From a virus (lineage: Duplodnaviria > Caudoviricetes), in the IMG/VR virus record IMGVR_UViG_3300031953_000274, positions 1 through 53,126 of that record: a stretch of 53,126 nucleotides of DNA, one strand, 5' to 3'. How positions within the stretch are numbered: position 1 is the stretch's first letter; every line of letters begins with the position of its first letter. Shown one piece after another: positions 52,939 through 53,126 of this stretch. Under the pieces are notes generated by a model. The model was not told the origin of the DNA and made no database searches. It saw only the letters and a program-made list of their open reading frames with translations. A program made the translations under genes and the position numbers.

Positions 52939-53126
52939 TTAAGTGTGTGCTGCCCAGCTGCCGCGCCTTGATGGGCGGTTGGATCGTGCCGTCCAGTTAA
53001 GCCGCAAAACGGAATCAATCGGGTGAAAGGTGAGCGCCAGACTGTCAGCCTTATCCGGGCTTGGTACGCCGCGAGACTTCATATCTTTTTTGCTCTCCAT
53101 CTGGATGCGCAGTTTTTTGTCGTAGC
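52939..53126 (-). CDS. terL: Terminase large subunit, C-terminal fragment
   Basis: Read by hand: YDKKLRIQMESKKDMKSRGVPSPDKADSLALTF. Confidence 0.85.
   Translation of the reverse strand, partial: YDKKLRIQMESKKDMKSRGVPSPDKADSLALTFHPIDSVLRLNWTARSNRPSRRGSWAAHT

Larger units (their letters stand above)
1..53126. mobile_element. Near-complete temperate phage genome (lambdoid regulation, podovirus-like morphogenesis), circularly permuted
   Basis: Integrase, cI/cro, replication, nin, Q-like, lysis, terminase, portal, capsid and ejection genes; no host genes at either end; both ends fall in the minus-strand late operon. Confidence 0.93.

Overview
The whole window is one temperate, lambdoid-organised, podovirus-like phage genome. 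The host is probably a gammaproteobacterium (inference from sigma70 promoters, a CTGT-N8-ACAG box and a SutA-like gene). The genome is linearised inside the late operon, with an Ig-domain gene cut at position 1 and the terminase large subunit cut at 53126, and it has an apparently intact attP in the middle, so it looks like the excised/circular form rather than an integrated prophage. Gene order is: Ig/beta-helix accessory genes, a TupA-like ATP-grasp moron, lysis genes, a ~680-nt non-coding late leader, a Q-like gene, the nin region, a PAPS-reductase-like gene, dnaB, replication initiator, cro/cI switch, early-left recombination genes (RecT-like and YqaJ-like) and shuffled cassettes, alpA-attP-lar-int, then the morphogenesis operon ending in a 3142-aa polyvalent protein. 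The most striking unannotated signals are: (1) a complete type I hammerhead ribozyme in the late leader just upstream of the endolysin, amid four terminators and T-loop hairpins; (2) a perfect LexA box in front of the ejection/polyvalent-protein cassette of a phage whose CI has no autocleavage domain; (3) a TupA-like amide-ligase moron next to a beta-helix protein; (4) short linker repeats that delimit exchangeable gene cassettes. All protein family calls are by eye from motifs and synteny; no searches were run.
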